Source of the DNA: a virus
Lineage: Duplodnaviria > Caudoviricetes
Length of the DNA: 40,734 nt
IMG/VR virus record: IMGVR_UViG_3300034032_000015
Span: 1-40,734 of that record
Strand: one strand, 5' to 3'
Positions 18,394-27,272 of the stretch are shown one piece after another. Position 1 is the stretch's first letter. The number at the start of each line of letters is the position of its first letter. Both the position numbers and the translations under genes were made by a program. Under the pieces are notes generated by a model that made no database searches, had not been told where the DNA came from, and was given only the letters and a program-made list of their open reading frames with translations.

Positions 18394-18833
18394 CCGTCGG
18401 TGTCCAGTGCGTTGCCGACTTCGGTCAGCCAGGTTGGTTTCTTATCGAACATGCGTGCGACCATTGCTTTGTCAAACGGCAGCGGTTTGCCAGCGCTATC
18501 AAAGCCGAACCAGTCAACAACAACTGCCAGTGCCAGGCGACGCTCGTTGTTAGCGATGGTCTGTGCGACAAGCTTGGCACCTTCTTCGGTGCTGGTGTCA
18601 ACTGCCTTGTTGCGCTTCGAGGAACGCTTGATGTTCTCGATGCGGATCAGTTCGTTTTCAGCTTGATACTGCGAGCTGTTTTTGCCCACAATGATGAAGC
18701 CGCTCTTTTCGTCACCCTCGTCGGTTTTGATGACAACGACGCGGTGCGTTGCTTCAACTTCGTCAAACATGTTATCGACATCGAAACCTGCTGCGGTAGC
18801 TGGGGACGATTGGATTTGCTGTGCTGTGTTCAT
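18375..18833 (-). CDS. tail assembly chaperone (gpG-like)
   Basis: 152 aa between tail tube and TMP; ends ...DGNFTKV containing the slippery site. Confidence 0.85.
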   Translation of the reverse strand: MNTAQQIQSSPATAAGFDVDNMFDEVEATHRVVVIKTDEGDEKSGFIIVGKNSSQYQAENELIRIENIKRSSKRNKAVDTSTEEGAKLVAQTIANNERRLALAVVVDWFGFDSAGKPLPFDKAMVARMFDKKPTWLTEVGNALDTDGNFTKV

Positions 18834-18870
18834 TTTATATACTCACTATTTTGGTTAAGGGTTTTGACTT

Positions 18871-18900
18871 AAAAAGCCTCCCGGCGTTTAGACCGGGAGG
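18871..18900 (-). terminator. intrinsic terminator after the major tail gene
   Basis: CCTCCCGG-loop-CCGGGAGG followed by CTTTTT on the - strand. Confidence 0.75.
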
Positions 18901-18938
18901 AAAGCACAGGTCGAGGAGTCACTCACGACCAGTTCGGT

Positions 18939-20177
18939 TTAGACGAATGCACTATCTTGAATGCAGATCGTCGTTTGATGCGAGTTGGTGCCAGCACCGC
19001 CTGCAACGTTTTCCAGCGCGGTGAACGGCATCGTCATGACCAGGCCTTTTTCGCCGTCGTCTTTCGATGCGCCACCCATCTTCACGCGCGGCAAGCTGAT
19101 TGCTTGGAAGCCAGCTGTCGAGGTGTTGTCGGTGGTAAAGGCGCAGTACAGCGACACTTCGGTTTCGTTCAGGAAGTAGTCGCGGACGACTGCATCGGTG
19201 AACAGCACGGTAACCTGACCGTCAACGTCGATCGAGCCTGGGAAAATGTCTGGTTCAACGTTCGAACCAACAACGCCGCCGATAACGCTGTGGTTACCTT
19301 TGACTGCAATGTTCATACCGGTGATGAGACCGATCGCAGCACCTTGCATGTAAACCACACCATTGGCAGCAGCCAGGTTGGCGCCTTGGCTCACAGGAGC
19401 CGGCGATGTGAAGTAACCAGCGGTGCCGGTCGTCATGTTCAGACCCATCACACCAAAGTCGACCGTTGCCATGCCCGACGCAGGCAGCTTCACGTCGAGT
19501 TGGGTAATGACGCAATCGGTGAAACGTTCCGATTGAGCGATGTCGACGAAGTTGTGTTCGATCGTGTAGTAGTCACGCAGCGCGCCGGATTGTGGAATGA
19601 TGATGTGCTTGCCGACTTCGGTTAGCGTAACAGCAGCGGTTTCCGTCTTGGCAACGAAGGCGCTACCGTCGAGGGTGACCACACCCATTACTTTATTGGT
19701 GAGCGAAATGATAAACAGGTTCTTGGCGTTGTTATTAATAGCAGTGGTTGTGAAACCAGCAGCACGAATAACCATACCAACTTTGAACATGTTACCGGTC
19801 ACGAAGTTGGCAGCGGTTGCAGTGATCGTGCCACCGTTGGCGCCGACAGCAGCGGTAACGATGTCCGATACAGCAGTCGTGACGGTCACAGCGGTGGAGA
19901 CCAGTGCACGCAGCATCGATTCGGTGAAGGACTGATACGTACCAATCGACAGTTCGCCTGAGATCGTACCGTCAACACCGATGACGCCGTGACGCATGTC
20001 TGAGCGCTGCTGTGAAGGACGCAGTTCTTTCGACGTGTAAGTCGCTTTCTTTTTGTCCAGGGTGGACGAAACACGGCGCAGGTTTTGCGCAGTCGTCGGA
20101 CCGGCAGCAGTACCGATACCGCCAGCCTGTTTCTTGAAGGTCAGGAGTTTGTTAATTCCTGTTGCGATGAGTGGCAT
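18939..20177 (-). CDS. major tail tube protein
   Basis: 412 aa; LRRVSSTL...SKELRP..Q..D.RHG...VDG.ISGELS N-terminus typical of siphovirus tube proteins; strong codon bias; synteny. Confidence 0.85.
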   Translation of the reverse strand: MPLIATGINKLLTFKKQAGGIGTAAGPTTAQNLRRVSSTLDKKKATYTSKELRPSQQRSDMRHGVIGVDGTISGELSIGTYQSFTESMLRALVSTAVTVTTAVSDIVTAAVGANGGTITATAANFVTGNMFKVGMVIRAAGFTTTAINNNAKNLFIISLTNKVMGVVTLDGSAFVAKTETAAVTLTEVGKHIIIPQSGALRDYYTIEHNFVDIAQSERFTDCVITQLDVKLPASGMATVDFGVMGLNMTTGTAGYFTSPAPVSQGANLAAANGVVYMQGAAIGLITGMNIAVKGNHSVIGGVVGSNVEPDIFPGSIDVDGQVTVLFTDAVVRDYFLNETEVSLYCAFTTDNTSTAGFQAISLPRVKMGGASKDDGEKGLVMTMPFTALENVAGGAGTNSHQTTICIQDSAFV

Positions 20178-20241
20178 GATGTTACCTTTCTGTTGAACCC
20201 GCCTATGCGGTATATAAGCCGCTTACGCGGCAGGTTTGAAA

Positions 20242-20892
20242 CTATCTGAAAATATCTGCTTGAAACGGGATGCGAATCGGAATAGCGTAACTTTCGTCAA
20301 TAGGCATCCCGGTCATCACCATCGCGGTCCTTGGGATCTTGACAGTAACACCATCCTTTTCGAACGACGCGCCCCTCGAGAACGCCGCACGAATCTCATC
20401 TGCTTTTGCACTGATGTCCTTAGTGCCTAGCAAAATCGGGTAGAACAAACTAACCTGCATGAAGCCGTGTTCTCGGTAGTAGCCTGCACCCATCGTTACA
20501 TCATCAGGGTCTGCGAACAGCAGGTTGACCTTCTGGTAAGGCACCCCCGGCACAGGTTTAAAACTTACGTTGTCCCATGCGGTAAGGTTTGCTTTACAAA
20601 CCCCGCCTACACCCCCTGCCGTGCACGCAAACGGTGCTTCCGTTACCTTATGCAGCAACGTAAAGGTTGTGGCACTTAGCACGCTAATCAGGAAGCTACC
20701 GTTCAAGTTTGGAGTTGCACCAACGTGATCGGAAATCGTTACCGATACACCGCTTTTCAACTTGTGTGGAACAGTAGTTGTGACGAGTGCAGCGTTACCT
20801 GGTGCGGAACTTACAATACTGAAAGACGGAACTAATTCGCCCATGGCAGCGAGAGCAGTTTCAAGCGCAGCTCGGATCTTTACCATTGACAC
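20242..20892 (-). CDS. tail terminator-like protein (DUF4128-like) with an inserted beta domain
   Basis: IRAALET.L N-terminus and AWDNVSF.P..GVPY...G.MQVSLFYP...G....ADEIRAAFSRG C-terminus; directly upstream of the tube gene. Confidence 0.75.
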   Translation of the reverse strand: MSMVKIRAALETALAAMGELVPSFSIVSSAPGNAALVTTTVPHKLKSGVSVTISDHVGATPNLNGSFLISVLSATTFTLLHKVTEAPFACTAGGVGGVCKANLTAWDNVSFKPVPGVPYQKVNLLFADPDDVTMGAGYYREHGFMQVSLFYPILLGTKDISAKADEIRAAFSRGASFEKDGVTVKIPRTAMVMTGMPIDESYAIPIRIPFQADIFR

Positions 20893-20895
20893 TTT

Positions 20896-21366
20896 TTAGT
20901 CCTTTGCGTAATTAAGTTCAGCTTGTCGAACGATTTGTTGGTACTCCATAACCGTTAGACCTACCATTCCACCCGGACCAACTTGCGAGGAGTGGAGTCC
21001 AGTTTCCAGTAGTCTAGCATATGGCAGATTATTTGTAAAGTAATATATGTGGCCGACGGGCCAACGGGGTATAGCTTTATGCATCCTTGCAACTGAACTT
21101 ACTCCAGTTGCATCAATATTTGGAAGAACGCCTGTGGGTCTTGCATCAACCCCCATTTGCCAGTTACCCCGGAAATGACCCGGAACATAACCTTTTGGCC
21201 AGTAAGGTGGATGCCACAGACTAGGATTACCCACAGGTGAGCGGGCATCTAGACGCACTGCTACTTCCTTAAGGATTTCTTTTGTGCACGACTGGATGGC
21301 ACCTTTACCCTTCAACACGAAGCGAAAGATATCATCCGCTGCTTTAGCATTGATAGAGTTAGACAC
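20896..21366 (-). CDS. HK97 gp10-like neck / tail completion protein
   Basis: SPVG...GHFRGNWQ...YFTNNLPYARLLETG.HSSQ.P.GMV; probable GTG start at 21366. Confidence 0.78.
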   Translation of the reverse strand: MSNSINAKAADDIFRFVLKGKGAIQSCTKEILKEVAVRLDARSPVGNPSLWHPPYWPKGYVPGHFRGNWQMGVDARPTGVLPNIDATGVSSVARMHKAIPRWPVGHIYYFTNNLPYARLLETGLHSSQVGPGGMVGLTVMEYQQIVRQAELNYAKD

Positions 21367-21757
21367 GGACGACAACCATGTAAAGAATTGCAATCCCGCC
21401 AGGACCCATTTCCTGAACATCGATAATTGTGTACTCGATGTTCTTAACAATGAGTTTGTCTTGCAGAGTTGGTGCTGCGCCTTTGGTGTCAATGTACAGC
21501 CATTTTTCACCCTGAGAAATCAAAGTGTTAGCTTGATTGTTGGAACCAAAGCGTTGCGAGATTTGTGAACCGGGTTGATCCAAGACTAAAGCCTTGCGGT
21601 TCGTGTCGGTAGTGCCGTCCATACCATCTGGTACAGCACCCCCGGAGTTCGGGTCATAGTCAGCGCTGCCTTGGCTCAGCTGACGCAAAATCACGGTTGT
21701 GCCGTATTTGGCAAGCAACCGTGATGCGGTCAAAGCTAGTTTGTCATACAGCGCCAT
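21359..21757 (-). CDS. head closure / stopper protein
   Basis: 132 aa; A.RLLAKYG..V.LRQ...YDP.SG...P...DK....EYTII; neck-gene synteny. Confidence 0.7.
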   Translation of the reverse strand: MALYDKLALTASRLLAKYGTTVILRQLSQGSADYDPNSGGAVPDGMDGTTDTNRKALVLDQPGSQISQRFGSNNQANTLISQGEKWLYIDTKGAAPTLQDKLIVKNIEYTIIDVQEMGPGGIAILYMVVVRV

Positions 21758-22282
21758 TTAACACCTTGAGAGTTTCATCATTGGACTTCCTGAACGCGCA
21801 GCGAAGAATGGTTTCAACATATCTTCAACCTGCATGTAGGACATCGTGCGTCCAGAGTCTTTATCGTACTTAATTGTGATGGGTCCAATAGTCTCCTGAA
21901 GTACACGAGGAGACAGGTCCTCACTTAACGTACTGATACTAGCACGCAAAGCAAGTTCCGCACAAGCATTTTTTACTTCTTTCGGGACCACTTCGTATGA
22001 CACAATAAATTGGCCATAAACGCCTTCGAACTCTTCCATGACCACACCTACTCGTGGCCAGTCGAGTGCTTGTGTTCCGTTGTACCGGCGACCAGCCCAG
22101 CGCATGCGATATTTCTGCAACATAAAGTCTGTTGCGCGGACTAAACAACCTTCTTTCTCAGCTGTGGTCATCTCTGTCCAGAGGGTTGCGACACGCGCCA
22201 AATGGTAAGCGTCAGCTTCTTCAACTGAAACATAAGAAACTGCGTTCGAGAGTGCTTGACCGGTTTCAACAACGATTGTCAT
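21758..22282 (-). CDS. head-tail adaptor protein (DnaT-like annotated family)
   Basis: IVVETG....NAVSYVSVEEADAYH..R, QALDWPR, PKEVKNACAELA, ETIGPITIKY. Confidence 0.8.
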   Translation of the reverse strand: MTIVVETGQALSNAVSYVSVEEADAYHLARVATLWTEMTTAEKEGCLVRATDFMLQKYRMRWAGRRYNGTQALDWPRVGVVMEEFEGVYGQFIVSYEVVPKEVKNACAELALRASISTLSEDLSPRVLQETIGPITIKYDKDSGRTMSYMQVEDMLKPFFAARSGSPMMKLSRC

Positions 22283-23191
22283 TTAATTCCCCTTCGGATA
22301 ACTTTGTGAACGACCTGCATTCGGGTAGCTTTGGCTTGCGCCTTCAAGCGGATAATGTTGTGTTGCCCCTTCATTCGGGTATTGCCGAATGATTGCAGGT
22401 ATAATTGCATCAGGTGAGGCAATTGCTGTGCCCACTGACCAAATAGCAGATACACCTGTAACAATAATTTGTGAATTGGCAACCAGAGTTGCAATTCCAA
22501 TTGAGCTTTGTAAAGTTTGTCCTGCTGGTTGAGCAGATGCACCTGCACGAACAATGACCGTGCCCACCGACATGTTTGCGTTTACGCCAATAGGAGAAGC
22601 GTTTGCATTGGTCCCAGCAGAAGCGATAGCTGTACCTACCGAGCTTGCTGCACTCACACCCACTGCGTTTATATTGGCTGTACCTGTAACGTTTACAGTT
22701 CCAATCGAAGTGGTGGCAGATACTCCAGCAGGGGTTGCAGTGCTGTTCCCAACTGTTGACCCGCTAGCTACAGCGGTTCCAACAGACCAAGATGCAGAAA
22801 CACCTGGAGGTTGAGCTTGAGCTGTGCCTGTGACTGTCGCTGAACCAATAGACGAAACTGCACCTGCCCCCAATGGAGTAGCGGTCCCGTTGACCACACT
22901 TTGACCGGAAGCACTTGCGGTTCCAACGGAAGTTGTCGCGGAGACGCCCAAAGGCGAAGTTTTAGCGCCCGCAGAAATCGTGACAGAGCCGACTGAAGTT
23001 GTTGCTGTTACGCCCGTAGGGTTTACAGTCGCTCGACCTGATACAACAGGTGTGCCTACGGATGTACTGGCCGAAACACCGGTTACTATTGCATTCGCAT
23101 TCGTTCCGCCGGAAGACACAGGCGCAACAATAGAAATTAAACCTAGCTGGGTTTGAAATCCTGAATTAACAAAGAACCGTTGCTCTCTCAT
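22283..23191 (-). CDS. repetitive Gly/Ser/Thr/Ala/Val-rich virion protein (fibre-like)
   Basis: About ten copies of a 23-27 aa P.GVSA..SVG(T/S) unit, and four QxYP repeats at the C-terminus. Confidence 0.7.
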   Translation of the reverse strand: MREQRFFVNSGFQTQLGLISIVAPVSSGGTNANAIVTGVSASTSVGTPVVSGRATVNPTGVTATTSVGSVTISAGAKTSPLGVSATTSVGTASASGQSVVNGTATPLGAGAVSSIGSATVTGTAQAQPPGVSASWSVGTAVASGSTVGNSTATPAGVSATTSIGTVNVTGTANINAVGVSAASSVGTAIASAGTNANASPIGVNANMSVGTVIVRAGASAQPAGQTLQSSIGIATLVANSQIIVTGVSAIWSVGTAIASPDAIIPAIIRQYPNEGATQHYPLEGASQSYPNAGRSQSYPKGN

Positions 23192-24030
23192 GCTTCTACA
23201 ATCCCAACGCGACCAGACAAGTTCCAGTTGCCTGTACCACTAGATGACGGATACCACAATAGCTGCAAAAAGGCTCCAGGCATGATCTCCACAATGCCTC
23301 CGTGGAACAACATTTGCCGATAACCCTGTCTCTCTGCGTACGAACCAGTGTCAACGGGCAGATGGCAGATTTTTTTCATTAAGCTAATACCAATGTTCAC
23401 GCTAGCAGCGGCACCTGCCGCCATGGTGAAACTCTCAACCGAGCGGCAACCCGTATCTCCATCCGCCAGCATGAATGCAGTGGTTGAATCCGGAGAGTTG
23501 TTGACGTTGGTAACGATCGAAACAGGCTGGGAGATCTTGCCAGCGACACCGTCTTGATTCGTGTACTTGATGGTTGCAGTCGAATTGATCGTCCCCATGA
23601 CACCATAGACTTCCAGGAAAGGTACAACGCCTTCACCAGTGGTATAGCGCGTCAATGGTGCGGTTGGCAGATTGGTCGTTTGCTCAGTTGCCAAAGTTGA
23701 ATTAAGTCCACCCATGTGGGAAAGGCGGTCGTAGAGCATGGCTGCAAATTTAGTTCCAGGAGTTGCAGCACTGTAACCGGCAAATTCTGTTTCACACAAC
23801 CAGAGTTGTTTGCTACTCGTCAACGGTACTGCAATGACGGCACCCACACTTGCGGAGTTCAACGTTTCAGGCAATGTTGGAACAACAACACCCGGCATAT
23901 AACGCGCATAAGAGCTTAACCATGTGCCCAGCACCAGACCGATATTACCGTTCTGAAACATGAACATGTCAGACCGCACCCCATTAGTGAGCGCAGTCTG
24001 CAAAGCCGCATAACTGGTGATTGAACCCAT
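23188..24030 (-). CDS. putative virion protein, paralog of 24030-24869
   Basis: Shares MYDRL.H..GL, TAPLTR, YTNQ.GVAGKI and LADGDTG..SV with the neighbouring gene. Confidence 0.7.
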   Translation of the reverse strand: MGSITSYAALQTALTNGVRSDMFMFQNGNIGLVLGTWLSSYARYMPGVVVPTLPETLNSASVGAVIAVPLTSSKQLWLCETEFAGYSAATPGTKFAAMLYDRLSHMGGLNSTLATEQTTNLPTAPLTRYTTGEGVVPFLEVYGVMGTINSTATIKYTNQDGVAGKISQPVSIVTNVNNSPDSTTAFMLADGDTGCRSVESFTMAAGAAASVNIGISLMKKICHLPVDTGSYAERQGYRQMLFHGGIVEIMPGAFLQLLWYPSSSGTGNWNLSGRVGIVEA

Positions 24031-24869
24031 TATTTCTCCACCACGTGGTAGCTGAAGTCCAGTCGAGGAGGTACCGCACTAGCGGCAACCCATCCAAGTG
24101 CTAAGCAAGCATCGTCTGGAATCGTCACCATTGACGGAACACCAGTAAGCAGGTCACGGAAGCAAGCAGTGGCTGCACCCTCTACAAAACCACGAACAAG
24201 CGGACGCGCAATAGTGATTCCGTAGTCACCTTGAATGTTGGTAGACAATGGGGACGTGGTCGTTTGGACACTCTGCACGCCAGTGTCGCCGTCGGCCAGC
24301 GGCAGACGAATTAAACGTGCTTCTTCACGGGCGTTTGTGCCTCCGAAAACGACAGGTAGCGTGATTTTGCCAGCTACTCCGACTTGATTTGTATAGTTGG
24401 CAGTAATCGTTGTGGCAGCAGTCCCGATTTGGGTGTAAATTTCGATCCAGATCTGATTACCCACACCTGAAACGTTTCGCGTTAGTGGGGCAGTGTTGAC
24501 AGCCTGGGCAGCAGTCGACAGACCGGACAAGCCACGAGTGTGCACAAGACGGTCGTACATGACAAAGCTGCCGCCCGACGTTGCCACAGCTTCAACACCC
24601 AGCAGCCACAATTCTTTACCTGACGCTGCGTTAGTGTGACGCAGCGCACCCTGCGTAAGACGGTTAGGGGCCTCGCCTACGCCACTTGGCGGGTTCTGGC
24701 CGTTTGCCCCGGTGCTCTTGTTGTACTTCCAAAGCGAAGATAACTGACCAGCAATGGTGGCCGTTACAGGACTTGCACCACTACGGCTATCAATGAAGAC
24801 GTTATAGTGCTGTGCCGAACCGTTGGTCAACAAGTTGATCAGGTCTGAAATATCGGTTATAGCTGCCAC
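24030..24869 (-). CDS. putative virion protein, paralog of 23188-24030
   Basis: Same shared motifs; beta-rich; between capsid and neck genes. Confidence 0.7.
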   Translation of the reverse strand: MAAITDISDLINLLTNGSAQHYNVFIDSRSGASPVTATIAGQLSSLWKYNKSTGANGQNPPSGVGEAPNRLTQGALRHTNAASGKELWLLGVEAVATSGGSFVMYDRLVHTRGLSGLSTAAQAVNTAPLTRNVSGVGNQIWIEIYTQIGTAATTITANYTNQVGVAGKITLPVVFGGTNAREEARLIRLPLADGDTGVQSVQTTTSPLSTNIQGDYGITIARPLVRGFVEGAATACFRDLLTGVPSMVTIPDDACLALGWVAASAVPPRLDFSYHVVEK

Positions 24870-25333
24870 GGTAATCCTTTTGCAATTCGTTGAGCGTCCC
24901 CTGCTGTGATCAGCTGGTACTGTTCCATTTTTAACAAGCCGCTGAGTGTGTCGGGGTCTGATAAATCTACACGATCTTCAGAGGCAGCGTTCACATTTTC
25001 CATCTCAATTTGAACTTTGATGGAAAGGACTTTGTACAGAGGGTCAGAGGAACGCACTACGTCGTAAATCTTTTCAAGATCGTTGGGGCGGAACAGCTTG
25101 CGAAATTGAAGCTTGGTGACAAAACGCTTGCCGCCCAACCAAGGGTGGGCAAGCATTGCTTCTTGCAAATCAGCACCGGTTTGAGCGGCAAGGATGACAC
25201 CTAAAGATGTTTCAAGGGCATTAACCGTTAAGATCTCACCCCCGTACCTGCCCACCTTAAACTGTCCAATGAACCCTGTAAAAGTTCCTATCTGGTAATC
25301 CCAGAACACTTGTGCACCGGATGGGTCAAGCAT
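24857..25333 (-). CDS. hypothetical protein (possible fibre chaperone)
   Basis: 158 aa in the operon; C-terminal VTKLQFRKLF...VDLSDPDT..GL...LIT...AQRI resembles fibre-associated small proteins (inference). Confidence 0.55.
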   Translation of the reverse strand: MLDPSGAQVFWDYQIGTFTGFIGQFKVGRYGGEILTVNALETSLGVILAAQTGADLQEAMLAHPWLGGKRFVTKLQFRKLFRPNDLEKIYDVVRSSDPLYKVLSIKVQIEMENVNAASEDRVDLSDPDTLSGLLKMEQYQLITAGDAQRIAKGLPWQL

Positions 25334-25342
25334 GACAACCCC

Positions 25343-25762
25343 TTAAGTCATTTTAATTACGCCAGTAGCGGCGGCAGGTGCAGGCAGCGTTACAGTGAAC
25401 GTACCGTTTGTTGAGGTGATGTCCGCGCCGAAGTCAAGAACAGCAACAGCCCGGTTTGCACGTGAGGAATTGTAAATCAGCGCACCCCTGGCAGTGATCG
25501 TGGCATTTGCCCAGCTTGGATCAGCAAAGTCCAGAATGGCTGTGTCTGTATCCAGCGTAACAGCAAAGCCTGTCAAAGTCGCGCCACCGGCCGTGTAACC
25601 TGCACCAGAAGATTCACCAGTTGCGGCGTAAGTCGCGGTCGCTTTAGAAAGGGCTGCTGCGGAAGTGAAGAGGGCGATTTTATAAACGTCTGCCGCAAGG
25701 TGGGGCGTCATGGCCAGGAGTTCTTGTTTGAAGCTGTTGCAAAGAGCAGCGGTGATCGCCAT
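25343..25762 (-). CDS. conserved small virion protein (possible fibre base/collar)
   Basis: 139 aa; NSFKQELL...KIALFTS...E.SGAGYTAGG.TL...DFADPSW..ATITARGALIYN...DFG is a widespread phage structural family; exact role not established here. Confidence 0.65.
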   Translation of the reverse strand: MAITAALCNSFKQELLAMTPHLAADVYKIALFTSAAALSKATATYAATGESSGAGYTAGGATLTGFAVTLDTDTAILDFADPSWANATITARGALIYNSSRANRAVAVLDFGADITSTNGTFTVTLPAPAAATGVIKMT

Positions 25763-25832
25763 GATATGTCCCGGTTAGTGTGGTCAATACAATCATTGAA
25801 TCGCTCGTAAAAACAAGCGATTTATCATTGCA

Positions 25833-26045
25833 TTAGGCTTTAGCCCAAGGTTGCTTCACAACGCCGTCAGCCGCTGGTGCAGGCGTAACGGTTTTGTCAG
25901 CTTTGGTGGTTTTTGCTTCAGGTGCATCGAACAGCTCGTGCTCACCTTCGACGAAGTCGGACTTGTTAATCCTGACCACACCTTCAGGGTTGCCCTGGCA
26001 TTTCTCGCCTTTAACGAGAACAGTTTCAACGATTTCGAGAGACAT
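25833..26045 (-). CDS. small protein downstream of the capsid gene
   Basis: 70 aa with INKSDF...HELF motif; strong codon bias. Confidence 0.65.
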   Translation of the reverse strand: MSLEIVETVLVKGEKCQGNPEGVVRINKSDFVEGEHELFDAPEAKTTKADKTVTPAPAADGVVKQPWAKA

Positions 26046-26070
26046 TTTGTGCTTTCTATTTGTAGTTGTT

Positions 26071-26099
26071 AAAAAGTCACCCGACCGAAGCCGGGTGAC
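26071..26099 (-). terminator. intrinsic terminator after the major capsid gene
   Basis: GTCACCCG-loop-CGGGTGAC followed by TTTTT on the - strand. Confidence 0.8.
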
Positions 26100-26112
26100 A
26101 GTTCTTTGCTGA

Positions 26113-27261
26113 TTAGCCCAACAGCTGAGCGCCGTGAGCGGATTTGATACCGCCGCAGCCCCAGGCCGCGGAGACCTCGTACTGCATCTGACGGTACTGA
26201 GCGTACATCGCCACTTCGAAGGTCATGCCCGAACGTGGGTCGGTGACCAGCATGCGGTCGACAGCGGAGTCGCCGCCTTTTGGCAGTGCTGGGGCACGAG
26301 TGGCCAGCAGCAGGGACGATTTGCAGAACGCCAGGTTGGCGGTTGCGGTATTGCCGACGGTCACAGCGGTGGCGCCAACGATTGCGACGCGCAGGCCTGG
26401 TTTGCAGATGGTCAGGATACCAGCACCGTCGGTGCCAAGATCTTTGGCAGCGACATACTTGTTGGTGTCACCTGCGATCGTGACAGTGTCACCTGCCAGG
26501 ATGGTGCCCGTACCGGTGATCAGGGTGATCGCGGTAGCGCCGATGGCGTAACCAGCAGCGTTGGAAGTGTACGATGCAGCAGTACCCTTGACAACGGCGC
26601 GTGGAGCGGCCGATTCGTGGATCGAGAAGCCGTGCAGGTCGAGCAGCTCACCTTGACGCAAGGTCAGGGTGGTGCCGGCTTCGTTGGCCTTGGTCAGTTG
26701 TGCCAGCGTACGCAGGTTGACACCAACAGACGAGTTGATGACCAGCGCACGTTCGCCGCCTGGGGCGCCGTTGTCGTCCATGATCTGACGGAGCAGGGCC
26801 GATTCAGACGTGTTGGTGGCGAACGGCGTGCTGCCGGCCGTACCAATGGCGCGGGATACCGACTTGCGACCGGCGAGCCACATGTCCATTTCCATTTCGT
26901 TGACCAGCGTGCGGATCGCTTGGGTCAGCTGGTCGCCCTGGATTGCAGCAGGGGCAGTACCCGACGAACGAACACCAAGCTCTTCTTCACCGTTCCAGCG
27001 GAACGGAACGCGCCGCGCTTTGGTGATTTTGAAGTCGTTCGCGCCAATGACTTGGTCGCCGTCGTCCGGTGGCGTGACGCCAGGGGTGATGTTGGTCGCG
27101 GTCGCGATCGGGGTTTCGAACGAATACAGCGTCTGGCCGACAGCGGCGCGTTCAGCGTCAGCGTCGAGCGTAACGCAAGGAATCATGCCTACCATTTCGC
27201 GCGAGACGATGTCCAGCGAGCGGTACAGTGGGCCGATGAGGGAGGTGAGGGTATTTGCCAC
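26113..27261 (-). CDS. major capsid protein (P22 coat-like, HK97 fold, with inserted domain)
   Basis: MANTLTSLI..LY..LDIVSREMVGMIP.V; C-terminal VTDPRSGMTFEVAMY.QYRQ..YEV..AWG; GTG start with AAAGGA SD; strongest codon bias in the window. Confidence 0.92.
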   Translation of the reverse strand: MANTLTSLIGPLYRSLDIVSREMVGMIPCVTLDADAERAAVGQTLYSFETPIATATNITPGVTPPDDGDQVIGANDFKITKARRVPFRWNGEEELGVRSSGTAPAAIQGDQLTQAIRTLVNEMEMDMWLAGRKSVSRAIGTAGSTPFATNTSESALLRQIMDDNGAPGGERALVINSSVGVNLRTLAQLTKANEAGTTLTLRQGELLDLHGFSIHESAAPRAVVKGTAASYTSNAAGYAIGATAITLITGTGTILAGDTVTIAGDTNKYVAAKDLGTDGAGILTICKPGLRVAIVGATAVTVGNTATANLAFCKSSLLLATRAPALPKGGDSAVDRMLVTDPRSGMTFEVAMYAQYRQMQYEVSAAWGCGGIKSAHGAQLLG

Positions 27262-27272
27262 GGTTATTTCCT

